This document shows, piece by piece, positions 1-10,012 of a stretch of DNA of 64,000 bases (positions are counted from its first letter, which is position 1; the number at the start of each line of letters is the position of its first letter). The DNA comes from Calditrichia bacterium. GTDB taxonomy: Bacteria > Calditrichota > Calditrichia > JAJRVZ01. Both the position numbers and the translations under genes were made by a program. The stretch covers positions 96,001 through 160,000 of the forward strand of contig CAWCNS010000004.1 of NCBI GenBank assembly GCA_963796965.1. Reading direction: 5' to 3'. Below the pieces are notes generated by a model that was not told where the DNA came from, did not search any database, and saw only the letters and a list, made by a program, of their open reading frames with translations.

Positions 1-1615
1 CCAAGAAGACTCAAACTTCGGGCAACTTTAGGATGGATCTGGCCGAATAGGGATTTTCGAAGTGCCAACGATCTTTCAAGCAAAGGCCCCGCATCTTCAT
101 ATAAACCCAGGTTATAATAGACTTTACCAATTACTTCAAGCATAGTTGCCTGTGTTTCGGGTTGTGTTTCTAATTCAGATTCGATACGTTCTGCACCACG
201 TTCAAGAATTTCTCGAGCCGTTACATTTTTCCCCTTGGATTCATAAGGGTCGGCAACTTTAAATAAATCGACCAGGAATGATGAAACGGCTTGCGCTTTA
301 CGGGCTTCAGTAAGTGCACGGTCCCTTTCGTTTGACAACTGAAGCGTATAGAAAACGACCAGCATGATTAATAATAATGAAACTAACGATGAGGTGATAA
401 CGCCAAATCGATGGCGTCGGGTAAATTTTTGAAGTCTATAGGAAAGAGATTCTTTCCGGGCACGAACGGGCAGTCCTCTTAGATAACGATCCAAATCCTG
501 TTTTAGCAATTCAGCCGAACCGTAACGACGTTCAGGTTCTTTGTTCAAAGCGAGCAGACAGATATTATCCAAATCTCCGCTTAATTTTCGCTGTAAACGT
601 TCTGGTGATATTTGACGGGATTCAGTTATTGTTTTTGGTTCAGTTGTAGCATTGGTATTGTATTTTAATTTCTTTATTGCTGAGCTGGGGCGTTCTGGCT
701 GGACTGTTGTTATAATTTTCTCCATATCGAGCAATGAAGAACTGTTAAACTCGTAAGGCCTGCACCCGGTGAGCAGTTCATATAGTATCAAACCAAGAGC
801 ATAAACATCTGTTGAAGTGGTTACCCGTTGATGACGGATCTGCTCGGGAGAGGAATATTCGGGGGTCATTGCATACATACCTGTACGGGTAATACCAGGT
901 ATATCCTGGTGATCCTCGCTAAAAACCTTGGCTATACCAAAATCGAGGAGTTTAACTGTTCCTTCATCGGTAATAAAGATATTGCCCGGTTTAAGATCAC
1001 GGTGAATGATCAAGTTCGTATGAGCAAACTGAACAGCTTCACAAACTGTAATAAATAGTATGATTCGATTTTCAATGGATAATTTATGACGATCACAATA
1101 GGCATCAATTGGTAAACCAGAAACATACTCCATGGAGAAGAATGGCATACCATCATCGGACATACCGCCATCAAGCAATCCGGCAATATTTGGATGTTGC
1201 AATTGGGCCAATATCTGTCTTTCCTGCCCGAATCGCTCGATGATGTCTCCGGAATGCATTCCAGGTTTGATTAATTTGAGAGCATACTTTTTGCTCAAAT
1301 TGGCCATCAACCCGTTTGGCAAGATAAACGGCACCCATACCCCCGCTGCCAATTTCTTCTATAATTTGATAGGGACCAAATCTTTTACCTGTTGGATCCA
1401 TTCCGGTCAGAGAATCAATATTATCTCTAACTAAATTGTCTAACAGACTGTTTCCAGTGCCATCAAGCTTCGAGCATCCCTGATATTTCATCAAATAAAG
1501 CAGTATCTCTTTTACAGGTTTCCTCAAGGTAAGCTTGTCTCTCCTGAGGGGGCAGTTCGATCGCTGCTTCAAATATGTTTTGAATTAATTGCCAACGATG
1601 GGCATCCATAGACAT
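1..1615 (-). CDS. Membrane Ser/Thr (Hanks-type) protein kinase with TM segment and TPR region, ECF-associated; frameshifted near the N-terminus and runs off the window edge
   Basis: Manual translation gives EIGSGGMGAVYLA, IIHRDLKPGNIFIT (about 965-1010), KLLDFGIAK, MTPEYSSPEQ, DVYALG, then a hydrophobic TM stretch and VIGKVYYNLGLYEDA TPR-like helices. Starts 6 bp after the sigma factor stop. Confidence 0.93.
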
Positions 1616-1620
1616 TTTAC

Positions 1621-2199
1621 TTATTTAAATTCAAGATCTTTACATTCTTTACTTAGCCAGGCACGGGCCAAACGCCAATCCCGGCGCACAGAGGGTACCG
1701 AAATATCTAATAATTCCGCTATCTCATTGTGAGTCAGACCGACAAATAACCAATATTCAACAACTTTGCTTTGGCGGACGCTCATCTTCTCCAGGCGACT
1801 TAAAGCATTGTCAAGTGTGATTAATTCTTCCGCGCGTATCTCAAAACCTACACTCTCTTCATTGAGGGTAATCACTTCCCCTCCACCACCCCGTTTTTGT
1901 GCAATTCTTGCTTTGGCATGATTGATTAGAATGCGGCGCATGGCCCGGGCAGCTATAGCGAAAAAATGAGCGCGATTCTGCCAGGTAACCCGTTCCTGAT
2001 CTACCAGTTTAAGATATGCTTCATGAACCAGAGCGGTTGCATTTAGTGTCTGGTTAAATTTTTCCTGACGAAGTTTGTTGCCGGCAATTTGGCGTAATTC
2101 ATCATAGACCATGGGCATCAGTTTATTTACAGCTTTTTCATCGCCTTCGGAAATGTCGGCTAATAAGACGGTTATCTCATTCTTGTTTGTAATCATCAT
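1621..2199 (-). CDS. ECF sigma-70 factor, kinase-associated (TIGR02999-like) family
   Basis: LMPMVYDELRQIA, TLNATALVHEAYLKL, WQNRAHFFAIAARAMRRILI, QKRGGG and RRDWRLARAWL are typical of this family. Confidence 0.95.
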   Translation of the reverse strand: MMITNKNEITVLLADISEGDEKAVNKLMPMVYDELRQIAGNKLRQEKFNQTLNATALVHEAYLKLVDQERVTWQNRAHFFAIAARAMRRILINHAKARIAQKRGGGGEVITLNEESVGFEIRAEELITLDNALSRLEKMSVRQSKVVEYWLFVGLTHNEIAELLDISVPSVRRDWRLARAWLSKECKDLEFK

Positions 2200-2280
2200 C
2201 GTATCCCAAAATGTAATTCAGATGTCTTAAAGTAACCTGTCTGATATACAACCCTCTTCTAAGTGATTTTAATTCATGAT

Positions 2281-2315
2281 TATCACTTTTATGTCATTTT
2301 CTTGCGTCTTTATAT
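2281..2315 (+). promoter_or_regulatory. Candidate ECF-type promoter pointing at the PA-like gene
   Basis: TATCAC-N18-CGTCTTTATA resembles ECF -35/-10 (TCAC...CGTC) elements; the spacer is somewhat long. Confidence 0.25.
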
Positions 2316-2370
2316 AAGAAAGATTTTCTCAGAAGATTAAACATTGCGCTTAGCGCTATTCGCATATTCC

Positions 2371-2499
2371 TCACGCAAAGGCGCTAAGACGCAAAGAAAT
2401 AATGATTTAGAGAATTCTTCTATCGAGCTAATTTTAATATAAATATTTATTTATAACTTATTTAAAAACAAATCTTTGCGCCTTGGCGTCTTTGCGAGA
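2371..2499. repeat. Inverted-repeat element, CGCAAAG family
   Basis: tcacgcaaaggcgctaagacgcaaaga (2371-2397) pairs with tctttgcgccttggcgtctttgcgaga (2473-2499), 4 mismatches, AT-rich spacer. Confidence 0.85.
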
Positions 2500-2571
2500 A
2501 GTGAAATATTTGGGTTAATTGAAATTGTATGTGAATAATTTAAAAATAGAATTAAAAATGGGGGAAATATC

Positions 2572-5115
2572 ATGAATATTTTGAAAAAGCCAATTGGAGA
2601 AGCAAAAAGTAATTTGTTTCTCATTTTATTCTTATTTATTAGCCTTTCTTTTCTTAATGCCCAGGACAGATCCTCGGTAAATGATGAGAGGCTCATTAAA
2701 ATAAAGGGTAATGATGGAAAAATTCGTATTCTTGGTCCTGATGATGATGATGATGGTGATGGCATCATTAACCGCCTGGAGGTCAATGGATTTACTTATT
2801 CGGTTCTTGACGGACTCCTGGAGTGGAACGGTGATCCCAACGTTAAGCATTTTATAACCGACCCGCTGAGTTGGAGCTCTGATCAGGATCCCTACAGCGA
2901 TTTGAATGAGGCCTCTGGCGTAAATATGCCACCCAGCATTTTAGCTCCTGAAAATCACCCGCTGGTCTCTGCCCGTCCCAAGATCAGCATCAAGATGGAG
3001 GATTACGATGTTATCATCCTTGAAGAAATTACAACCAGTGAGGGCGGATATTCTGATTCTTCATTTACCAATGAGACTACAAATGAGAATACAGTTGGTG
3101 GTTCTGTAACCGTTGAGGCATCTCTTAATCCTTTAGAATTGGTGGGTGGATCAGTTGAAGCGAACTATTCTCATACCTGGGCAAATACGGAATCTTCCAC
3201 CAGTTCCTGGGGATCGGACTGGAATAATGCACGCACCACTAAACCCGACCAGGCAGCAAGGTTAGTAATACGGGTATATATGGAAAATACTGGCAGCGCA
3301 GCGGCTGGAAATGTAAAACCTACTTTTAATCTGAAACTCGGTGACCGCACACTTAAAACTGTCGCCCTTACCGAACCTGATCAATCCCCGCTTCAGCTCG
3401 CCCCCGGTGAACGGTTTCCAAAGTCGCCAGAGGTTCTGGTGCTCGGTGATGATCCGGGTAGTGAGATATTTATTACACTCGATGATCTAAAGGCCATACA
3501 GTCCGGTGCACCACTTTCAATGGTTGTTATTCAGGTGAGCGGAGATGTGATGCGCTGGAACTCGGCCAATCAAAGCTGGGAGACTTTTCTGGACTGGTCC
3601 GGATACGAAAATCCAATTGATGAAGTAACGGTTCAGTTATTGGCCGATCTTGGTAATAATGAGGCCTATCGTTATCAAGTGTATGTTGGAACCGAATTCT
3701 GGGATCCGGGATTTACTATGCGCGATATCCTTTCATTTGTCTTTGAATTTGAGAACCGTACAAATGGTGAATACATCGCCGGCAGAAAATATCCGGAGAA
3801 ATGGTTTTTCTCTTCACCATCGCAAAAGTTGATTGATGAGTATAATAATAATCCGCCCAATGACATGCTTGATCTGAAAATGTTTAAAAAAACCAAGTTG
3901 GTTTTATTCAGCCCCGGACCGGATCCGAAACCGGTGGTGAACCTGGCTGCGTATACACGGGATTTTGATAATATTTGGGTCAGTGCACGACCAAATAATT
4001 TCCCAATAAAATCTGTAAAAGCAATTGTTGAAATTGAGGGAGAGCAACAAGAAGTTGAACTAACTAAAGACGAACGTGGCTTCTACTCTTATGCAAATGG
4101 CTTCATGAATAAACCCGCACCTGGAGGGATCGTTAGGGTTGAAAACGCTGCTGGTGAGATAACTGAGAAAAGAATCATTACACCGGCCATCTATGCTAAT
4201 GCAGCGGATGTAAAAAAATACAGTTTTGCTCAACCCGTTCCAGATGGGGAATATTTTATCGCTATGGGGGGTGACCCTGAAAAATTAACAGTCCTGTATT
4301 GTTTATTTAATGATCCCAAAAGCGGTCAGGAGTTGGCGACGCCGAGAGAATATATTACTCTTTCCGGTAAAGAATCAAATTCAAATTTTATTGATTTGAT
4401 ATCCCAGGGAGATTGGGTACGCTATTATTTTGAAAAAATAAGATTAAATCTGAATACCCTCGCTGTTTATGATAAGGATATTACCTTTGTTACTGACAGT
4501 GTATTTGCCTTGGAATGTGGTGAATGTATCTATGGCCTGGAAACCCGCTATGGGATCAGCATTGCGCAATATGCGGGTTTGGGACATGACACCCTACTTG
4601 CCAATATCAATTTGAACGGCACGCCATTTAGTGTAGATACGAGCAGGATTAGTTTTAACCAGGATGAAGGAATAACAAACTTTAGTGATGATCTTAAGGT
4701 GATTGATTTTTTTACATCGGACGCCTATCCCAGTTATGGCTATTATGATTTTGACTATGGATGGCAGGGAGAGGAATTATACCTGACATTTGAACCGGCA
4801 GGCACGGTGAGTGATGTTCCGGAACTATATGGAGCGATTTTTGCCAAGAAATTTTCTTTAAGTCAAAATTATCCTAATCCGTTTAATCCTGTTACAACGA
4901 TCAATTACGAATTACCAATTACGAATTACGTTGAACTGAGCATTTTTAATTCCCTTGGTCAAAAAGTAACTACTTTGATTAATGCAAAATCAAGCCAGCA
5001 GGAAATTATAGTGTAGAGTGGAATGCCATATGGTTTTGCGAGTGGTGTTTATTATTATCAATTGCGTACAAAAAGCGGGTTTGTTCAAAACAGGAAATTA
5101 GTTTTACTGAAATAG
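2572..5115 (+). CDS. Secreted protective-antigen/binary toxin B-like beta-pore protein + GON-like domain + C-terminal sorting domain (frameshifts near the 3' end)
   Basis: Signal peptide; DDDGDGIINRLE, DPYSD..E, HPLVSA.P, GGSVEANYS, ENTG.A..NV.PT..L.LG and LAP motifs colinear with PA63; DGEYF/PREYITL/FEKIRLNL GON-like motifs; QNYPNPFNP, then FASGVYYYQL..RKLVLLK* in a shifted frame ending at 5115. Confidence 0.85.
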
Positions 5116-5144
5116 TATCAAAGTAAACATAGAAAAATCTTTTG

Positions 5145-5333
5145 TCAGGATTAACAGGATCACAAGGATGAAGATTATCCAATATATGAAAATGAGAGAT
5201 CCTGAAATAAATTCAGGATGACATTCTTGATCTTATGCGAAAATGTACAAAATGGTCCTTCTCCTACATTGGGACAGTATCTCGATATCAGAAATAAGCA
5301 CTATTGAGATCCTGTTAATCCTGTTATCCTGTC
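5145..5333. repeat. CAGGATTAACAGGAT inverted-repeat element with a nested palindrome
   Basis: caggattaacaggatcacaaggat pairs with atcctgttaatcctgttatcctg (5309-5331); agatcctgaaataaattcaggatgac is nested at 5197-5222. Confidence 0.8.
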
Positions 5334-5380
5334 TAAAAAGAATATATCATCTGGTTTCAGTTACATTTGAAAAATCATTA

Positions 5381-6913
5381 ATGATAAAATATGGAGATCG
5401 TTTGTATTCAAAAATAATTATTTTATCCAATTTTCTACTATTTTTATTCAGCGCAACCCTGGGAGCCCAAAATCCGGGTGATCAGGTATTTAACGAGCCT
5501 CATATCTTTGAGGTGCGCTTTCATTTCGATCAGCTAGATTTTCTCGATTCGCTCCATAAGAGTCACGAAACCGGTGATTATATCCCCGGTCATGTAACCA
5601 TTGATGGTGTAATTTATGATGAAGTTGGTGTCCGGTTTAAGGGACATTCCTCTTATCTGTTTTATCCCGGAGATAAAAAGCCTTTCCGGATAAAATTCAA
5701 TAAATATAAAGATCATCGATTTGATGGTTTAAAAAAGATAAATCTTAATAATGGCTGGGGAAATCCAACCATGCTGCGTGAAAAAATCCATCTGGACTTT
5801 CTCAAACGGAAAGGAATTCCTGCTCCCAGGGCTAATTTTGCCCGGGTCTATATTGATAGTGTCTACTGGGGGTTTTATTCGCTGGTCGAGCATGTTGATA
5901 AAGTATTTCTGAAAAGCCATTATAGGGATGATGATGGTAATCTTTATAAAGCTGAAAAAAGTACGTTGGAATGGAAAGGAGGCAACCAGGAGGATTATTA
6001 TGAAGATCTGGAATTAAAAACCAATGAAAAAGAGAATAACTGGTCGAACCTGATTAATTTTCTGGAAATACTCAATAATACATTAAATGCCGAATTTCCG
6101 CTTAAGCTTGATGAGGTTTTTAATGCAGAGTCTTTCTTAAAGGCAATAGCCTCTGACAATCTTTTCGTTAATCTGGATTCTTATATAGGATCTGCTACGA
6201 ATTATTATCTTTATGATCATCCGCTGACAGGTCAATTTGAGTGGATTGTGTGGGACGTAAATCTGACTTTGTCTGCACGTAACGGAAGATCGGATCTGGA
6301 TATTCTCTATTCAATTCCTCAACGACCTCTATTACATCGCCTGCTACAGATTGAGAAATACCGTAGCCAATATTTGAACATTATACAGAGTTATGTAGAG
6401 AATGATTTTACGGAAGAAAAAATATTTTCAGAGATCGACAGACTCGCAGAATTTATTCGCGAGGATTATCAGGCTGACACATCAAAAATGTATACAAACG
6501 AAGAAACGGAGCAAGCAATTTATCAGGAAGTTTCAGGTATTCCCGGTCTCAAACCGTTTATTTTGGAAAGGCGGAAAAATGTTATGATACAACTGGACAG
6601 TCTGGCAAACACGGTAAGTAGTCTGAATGCATCGATCCAATCCCAGCCCACTAAGATAATTCTTCATCCAAACTACCCAAACCCATTTAATCCGTCAACA
6701 AAGATCAAATACAAATTACCAGGTACGAATTACGTTCAATTAAGCATTTATAATCTTCTCGGCCAAAAAGTGGCTACACTGATTTCAAGTCATCAATCTC
6801 CGGGGAATTATCAGATACAATGGGACGCGAGAGGATTATCGTCAGGGATTTATTATTATCAATTGGAAGCAGGTGATTTTCGTGAAGTTAAGAAGATGTT
6901 AGTCGTAAAATAA
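5381..6913 (+). CDS. CotH-family secreted kinase with C-terminal sorting domain
   Basis: VGVRFKGHSS, KKPFRIKFNKY, LREK, YWGFYSLVEHVDK, NLDSY...NYYLY, WDVNLT, NYPNPFNP tail. The ORF-track start at 5243 lies inside a repeat; the likely start is about 5381. Confidence 0.9.
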   Translation: MIKYGDRLYSKIIILSNFLLFLFSATLGAQNPGDQVFNEPHIFEVRFHFDQLDFLDSLHKSHETGDYIPGHVTIDGVIYDEVGVRFKGHSSYLFYPGDKKPFRIKFNKYKDHRFDGLKKINLNNGWGNPTMLREKIHLDFLKRKGIPAPRANFARVYIDSVYWGFYSLVEHVDKVFLKSHYRDDDGNLYKAEKSTLEWKGGNQEDYYEDLELKTNEKENNWSNLINFLEILNNTLNAEFPLKLDEVFNAESFLKAIASDNLFVNLDSYIGSATNYYLYDHPLTGQFEWIVWDVNLTLSARNGRSDLDILYSIPQRPLLHRLLQIEKYRSQYLNIIQSYVENDFTEEKIFSEIDRLAEFIREDYQADTSKMYTNEETEQAIYQEVSGIPGLKPFILERRKNVMIQLDSLANTVSSLNASIQSQPTKIILHPNYPNPFNPSTKIKYKLPGTNYVQLSIYNLLGQKVATLISSHQSPGNYQIQWDARGLSSGIYYYQLEAGDFREVKKMLVVK

Positions 6914-7173
6914 TGAGAAATTTTTCTTACTTGAGCCAATTCTGCGATATTGTCCAAGTTAATCTGACCAACTGAAAATCCATACCTGGAAATTGGAGAT
7001 TTTACACGATAGATCTTCTTAATGGATTTGGTAATAGGATTACTTTTCGTAACTAACTCATTCCCAAACTTATCAATAACTTTGGATGTCTGAGAAAATA
7101 AGAATGAAGATCTTGTGGTTATTACCGATAAAAAAAGTACAACTAATATCACTTTCAATTTAAGGTGTATCAT
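6859..7173 (-). CDS. Short secreted-type hypothetical protein, possibly a 5' gene remnant
   Basis: GAGG RBS and signal-peptide-like N-terminus; the ORF runs into the convergent CotH gene. Confidence 0.4.
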   Translation of the reverse strand: MIHLKLKVILVVLFLSVITTRSSFLFSQTSKVIDKFGNELVTKSNPITKSIKKIYRVKSPISRYGFSVGQINLDNIAELAQVRKISHYFTTNIFLTSRKSPASN

Positions 7174-7245
7174 AATCCTCTCATTCTTTATTGATTAGGT
7201 GGGATAGTGATTCCGCATTTAAATTGTATATCTTAAGTACAATTC

Positions 7246-8202
7246 TCATTGCCAATCTTGGGCAGAAACCCAGACAGAATCAGCATTAAAGTGAGTTAGT
7301 TGAGTTATTGAATTACTATTTATATCAAGCACAAATAGGTCAGAACCTTTTGCGTAGCCAGAAGCCTGCTCACGCTTTTCATGTTTATTGAATACCATCT
7401 TTTTTCCATCAGGGGACCAACATAGAGAATTATACCTGGCTAAAGTATCTACCAGAGTTATTTCGTTGTTACCATTACTATTCATAAGTTTTATTTGATA
7501 TCCCGTCCAGTATCCCCCTGAAATAAATGCAATCTCAGATTCATCTGGACACCACCGCGGTTCGAAGTCCATCATGGCATTATCTGTTAAGTAGGTTCTT
7601 TCTTTTGTAGATATTTCAAGTAATACGATTTCATGATTATTCTCGGTCAATATATACTTACCATCAGATGACCAATCAGGATGTCCCCATGAATCCCCTT
7701 CATCGGCCATTAATACCAAGAATTCGACCATTGTATTTACATTAATTGCATAGTAATCACCACTTTTAAAAAACAGAATTTTATTTCCATCTATAGACCA
7801 ACGAGGTCCTGATCCGGATAAGGTTAATTTTTCACCTAAATTTCCCTTGTTATCCATTAGCCATAGAGTGGGATCCCCATCTATCCTCTTTGAGTAAAGA
7901 GTAACTACCATAAGAATTTTAGCCGGGGACCATCTCGCTTCGAAATATCCTCCATGTGAATCTTCAGCCTTATAATCATTGCTTGCTATGAGTTGAAGAT
8001 CGGTTCCATCCGGCTTTATTGTGCAAATCTCAGATACGGAATTGTAGTACTTGGTGAAGAGAATTCGTTCATCACCGAATCCTTCTCCTCCTTTTGGATC
8101 AACAATACTGTCCTTGCATGATACAGGAATGATTATGATTAATATACAATTATATAGCATGCATTTTATACAATGATTCATTTTATCTCCTTGATTTTGC
8201 AA
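7246..8202 (-). CDS. TolB-like (PD40) beta-propeller lipoprotein
   Basis: Lipobox-like PVSC; repeats ARWSP, PRWSIDG, PDWSSDG, PRWCPD, LCWSPDGKK. The true start is probably the second Met. Confidence 0.85.
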   Translation of the reverse strand: MQNQGDKMNHCIKCMLYNCILIIIIPVSCKDSIVDPKGGEGFGDERILFTKYYNSVSEICTIKPDGTDLQLIASNDYKAEDSHGGYFEARWSPAKILMVVTLYSKRIDGDPTLWLMDNKGNLGEKLTLSGSGPRWSIDGNKILFFKSGDYYAINVNTMVEFLVLMADEGDSWGHPDWSSDGKYILTENNHEIVLLEISTKERTYLTDNAMMDFEPRWCPDESEIAFISGGYWTGYQIKLMNSNGNNEITLVDTLARYNSLCWSPDGKKMVFNKHEKREQASGYAKGSDLFVLDINSNSITQLTHFNADSVWVSAQDWQ

Positions 8203-8738
8203 TGCCGTCTATATGCACTTTAAATCACAAGGTAAATTCGAAAATTACTTCGTACGCCTGAAACCATATTAAATATAACTAAGGCCATGAGAAAGTGGGA
8301 TTACTGCTTTAATATCAAAATCCAAAACTATATATCAATATATGAAGGGACCATTATTTGTCAATCTGGATGTGAATTAGAATTAAAATTCCTGGTTAAT
8401 CTTGCTCAATCTAAATGAATATTTGAGTCATGTTTGTCTTCATAATAGAAGAATTGACTTTAAATAAATCTGCAAATTACGACACGGCTTTTTCTATTCA
8501 TAGCATAAACCACCTATATTTGTGCCATATGGCAAGAAGTATTGTATTATGCTTATATTTGATTCCCAAATAATACTTCTGTAATAGAATTAATTTCTGC
8601 TGTTTTAGAACTGTTATATAATTGATTTCAATTATGTTATATATCCTCTATGTAGTATGGTGAATTATTCAGGCTAATTATATTTAAACAAAGTGATTAG
8701 ATGAAAATGATTAATTGGTGCTCCTTTAATTCTGCGAA

Positions 8739-8901
8739 CTATACCCTTGTGTTTGCTTCGGGTATGCATTTAAGCACATCATCCAACTGATCGGGATTTT
8801 CGTGACCGATTGTAAAAGCATCTATAAATTCATGGCCCAACTGCCACTGTAAAAATTCATCCTTATTTATCCAGCAGCTTGCCCTGGCCGAATACCTTCA
8901 T
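8739..8901 (-). pseudogene. Diverged duplicate of the C-terminal ~53 codons of the upstream aldo/keto reductase
   Basis: Translates, with one frameshift, MKVFGQGKLLDK-KDEFLQWQLGHEFIDAFTIGHENPDQLDDVLKCIPEANTRV*, versus MKVFGAGKLIDKRDECLQYHLGHDFIDHFTIGQESPEQFKDLLKRIPEASVRG*. Confidence 0.85.
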
Positions 8902-8924
8902 TCCTAATTCCCAATTACCAATAC

Positions 8925-9794
8925 CTATCCCCTCACACTCGCCTCAGGAATTCTTTTAAGAAGATCTTTAAACTGCTCCGGGCTTTCCTGGCCGATAGTA
9001 AAGTGATCAATAAAATCATGACCAAGATGGTATTGTAGACATTCATCCCGTTTGTCGATTAACTTACCTGCGCCGAAAACTTTCATACCAATTATCCCTT
9101 TTCCCTGTTTCTTCATTTGCTTTAATACCCCGGCCACTGTTTCCGGATCAGCGTCCATGGCAATACTGCCCGGATTAAAACGTACCAAATCCACCTGCAC
9201 CCAGTCTGATTCTGCAGCGGCTTTAAGGGCCGGTAAAGAATGACAGGAGACCCCATGGGCCTTAACGATACCATCTTCCCTGGCAGCACTTAGGACATCT
9301 CTAACCGCTTTTTTCTCTTCCGGCCAATCACCACTTTCCAGAGCATGTAATAAGACGATATCCAGATAATCCGTGCCGATCTCCTTACGAAAACGATCCA
9401 AATCATTTTTCATTTCTTTTTCAGTTTTGGCCCTGGTTTTTGTTAGGATGGTGACTTTTTCCCGGGGAATTTTTTTGAGGGCTTCTTTCAGATGGGGATG
9501 GGAACCGTATTGATCAGCGGAATCCCAGAATACAACCCCGTTATCGTATGCAAAATGCAGCATATCAGATAATCCCTTTATACCCAGTTGGCGTGTTTGA
9601 TTGGAACTGCCATTCCACCCATGGGTTCCTGTCCCCATTGCCAGCCGGGAAGTTTTGATGCCTGTATTTCCCAAGGTTACAATATCCTGGGCATATTTTT
9701 TGGTTTCTCCGGCGAGAAGATGATAGGGAAAAGATGGAAGAGAAAGGAATCCTGCCGTTTGCAGACTTGTCTTGATAAAGTCACGACGTCTCAT
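8925..9794 (-). CDS. Aldo/keto reductase with Tat signal
   Basis: MRRRDFIK twin-arginine motif; LGNTGIKTSRLAMGT, WDSADQYG, ILTK, DYLDIVLLH. Confidence 0.92.
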   Translation of the reverse strand: MRRRDFIKTSLQTAGFLSLPSFPYHLLAGETKKYAQDIVTLGNTGIKTSRLAMGTGTHGWNGSSNQTRQLGIKGLSDMLHFAYDNGVVFWDSADQYGSHPHLKEALKKIPREKVTILTKTRAKTEKEMKNDLDRFRKEIGTDYLDIVLLHALESGDWPEEKKAVRDVLSAAREDGIVKAHGVSCHSLPALKAAAESDWVQVDLVRFNPGSIAMDADPETVAGVLKQMKKQGKGIIGMKVFGAGKLIDKRDECLQYHLGHDFIDHFTIGQESPEQFKDLLKRIPEASVRG

Positions 9795-10012
9795 TATTAC
9801 CTCGCAGTCTTTACAAGTTATCCATAGTTTCTAATGTATATACTATATAAGGTAAAATAGCGAAAGTTTATTTCAAAGGTTTTTATTTACTTAGTAGAAT
9901 AAAATTTCATTTGAAATCATACCAATATAGTGATATTTTTGCCTTTCATCGGGTGAACCCACCTGATTAATTGTTATATTCCCTAATCTTCTAATTTTAG
10001 CAGGTATTGTTG

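Noticed and set aside
828..1434. Plus-strand ORFs 828-1058 and 1132-1434, and the many other short overlapping ORFs in the track
   Set aside because: They are antisense or alternate-frame shadows of well-supported genes.
5243..5380. ORF-track N-terminal extensions (also 30145 and 37691)
   Set aside because: They run through repeat or intergenic DNA; downstream starts have a better RBS or signal peptide.
8739..9090. AKR 3' duplicate as a DGR template/variable repeat pair
   Set aside because: Differences are not adenine-specific and are largely synonymous; no reverse transcriptase is in the window.
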